Of a stretch of DNA of 64,000 nucleotides, positions 63,601 through 64,000 are shown piece by piece (position 1 is the first letter of the stretch; each line of letters starts with the position of its first letter). Source of the stretch: a virus (lineage: Duplodnaviria > Heunggongvirae > Uroviricota > Caudoviricetes); IMG/VR virus record IMGVR_UViG_3300003310_000099, positions 202,295 to 266,294 of that record; one strand, 5' to 3'. Both the position numbers and the translations under genes were made by a program. Below the pieces are notes generated by a model. That model saw only the letters and a program-made list of their open reading frames with translations. It was not told where the DNA came from and made no database searches.

Positions 63601-63617
63601 GCTTAGCTGTACCGAGT
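63601..63617 (+). repeat. Dispersed element copy 14
   Basis: GCTTAGCTGTACCGAGT. Confidence 0.9.
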
Positions 63618-63890
63618 AGTGTGGAGGTGCAAAAATGACTAAAGCATTTGACGAACACGGTGAACTTTCTAACCGTTATAAGGATTTGTGGGCCAAGAAG
63701 AATCTGATTAGCCATAAGCTAATCAGCAATATGTCATTCGACAATGACGATGCCAAGTGGAAGGTTTTGGATGAAATTAGTGACGAACTTGAACAGGTGA
63801 GTCACATGTTCATTGACCTTTTGGCGGAACACTTACAGATTCCGCCTAATGTCTTTACTGAAGTTAAGAAGAAGTCTAAGTGTTCGTAGT

Positions 63891-63938
63891 AAGCTGGCAC
63901 ATGTCTGGGAATAAATCTCGGCATGTGGCAGCTTTTTT
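63891..63938 (+). terminator. Rho-independent terminator
   Basis: AAGCTG.CACATG / CATGTGGCAGCTT imperfect stem followed by T run after ORF 63635..63889. Confidence 0.6.
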
Positions 63939-64000
63939 AGGCACTATACCTTTTCTCCTAGCTTCGGCTTTGTCTCTTTGGCTAGGAATTTCTTTGCGGA

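Noticed and set aside
16156-63617. Dispersed element as a CRISPR repeat
   Set aside because: Only about 17 bp, spacing is 0.2-14 kb and contains whole genes; no cas genes seen.
1-64000. Stop-codon reassignment (TAG or TGA)
   Set aside because: Recognisable genes are full length in the standard code and all three stops end genes, often in ATGA/TAATG overlaps.
1-64000. tRNA or rRNA genes
   Set aside because: No cloverleaf or rRNA-like segment recognised by eye; tRNAscan-SE/ARAGORN would be needed to exclude them formally.

Overview
Gene-dense, almost entirely + strand segment of a large tailed dsDNA phage genome, probably jumbo and T4-like. It carries rIIA/rIIB, Pnk, an RNA ligase-like protein, RNase H, Hsp20, NadD, AlkB, a macrodomain, an HD/Mesh1-like hydrolase, PcfJ, free-standing HNH and LAGLIDADG endonucleases, a few virion-type genes and >100 small hypothetical ORFs. 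TIGR02996-like motifs and a ClpC N-domain point to a Planctomycetota host (inference). No tRNA, rRNA or CRISPR array was recognised. The strongest non-coding signal is a dispersed, same-strand ~17-bp element, [G/C]CTTAGCTGTAC[C/T]NAG[T], present 14 times, usually flush with an upstream stop codon and just ahead of a new gene. Other signals: three further promoter-like classes, two candidate structured RNAs (43485-43598; tandem 58108-58227), a fourU-like thermometer before hsp20, and homing endonuclease insertions that rebuilt host-gene ends and left relics. All calls are by eye from motifs; no database searches were run.
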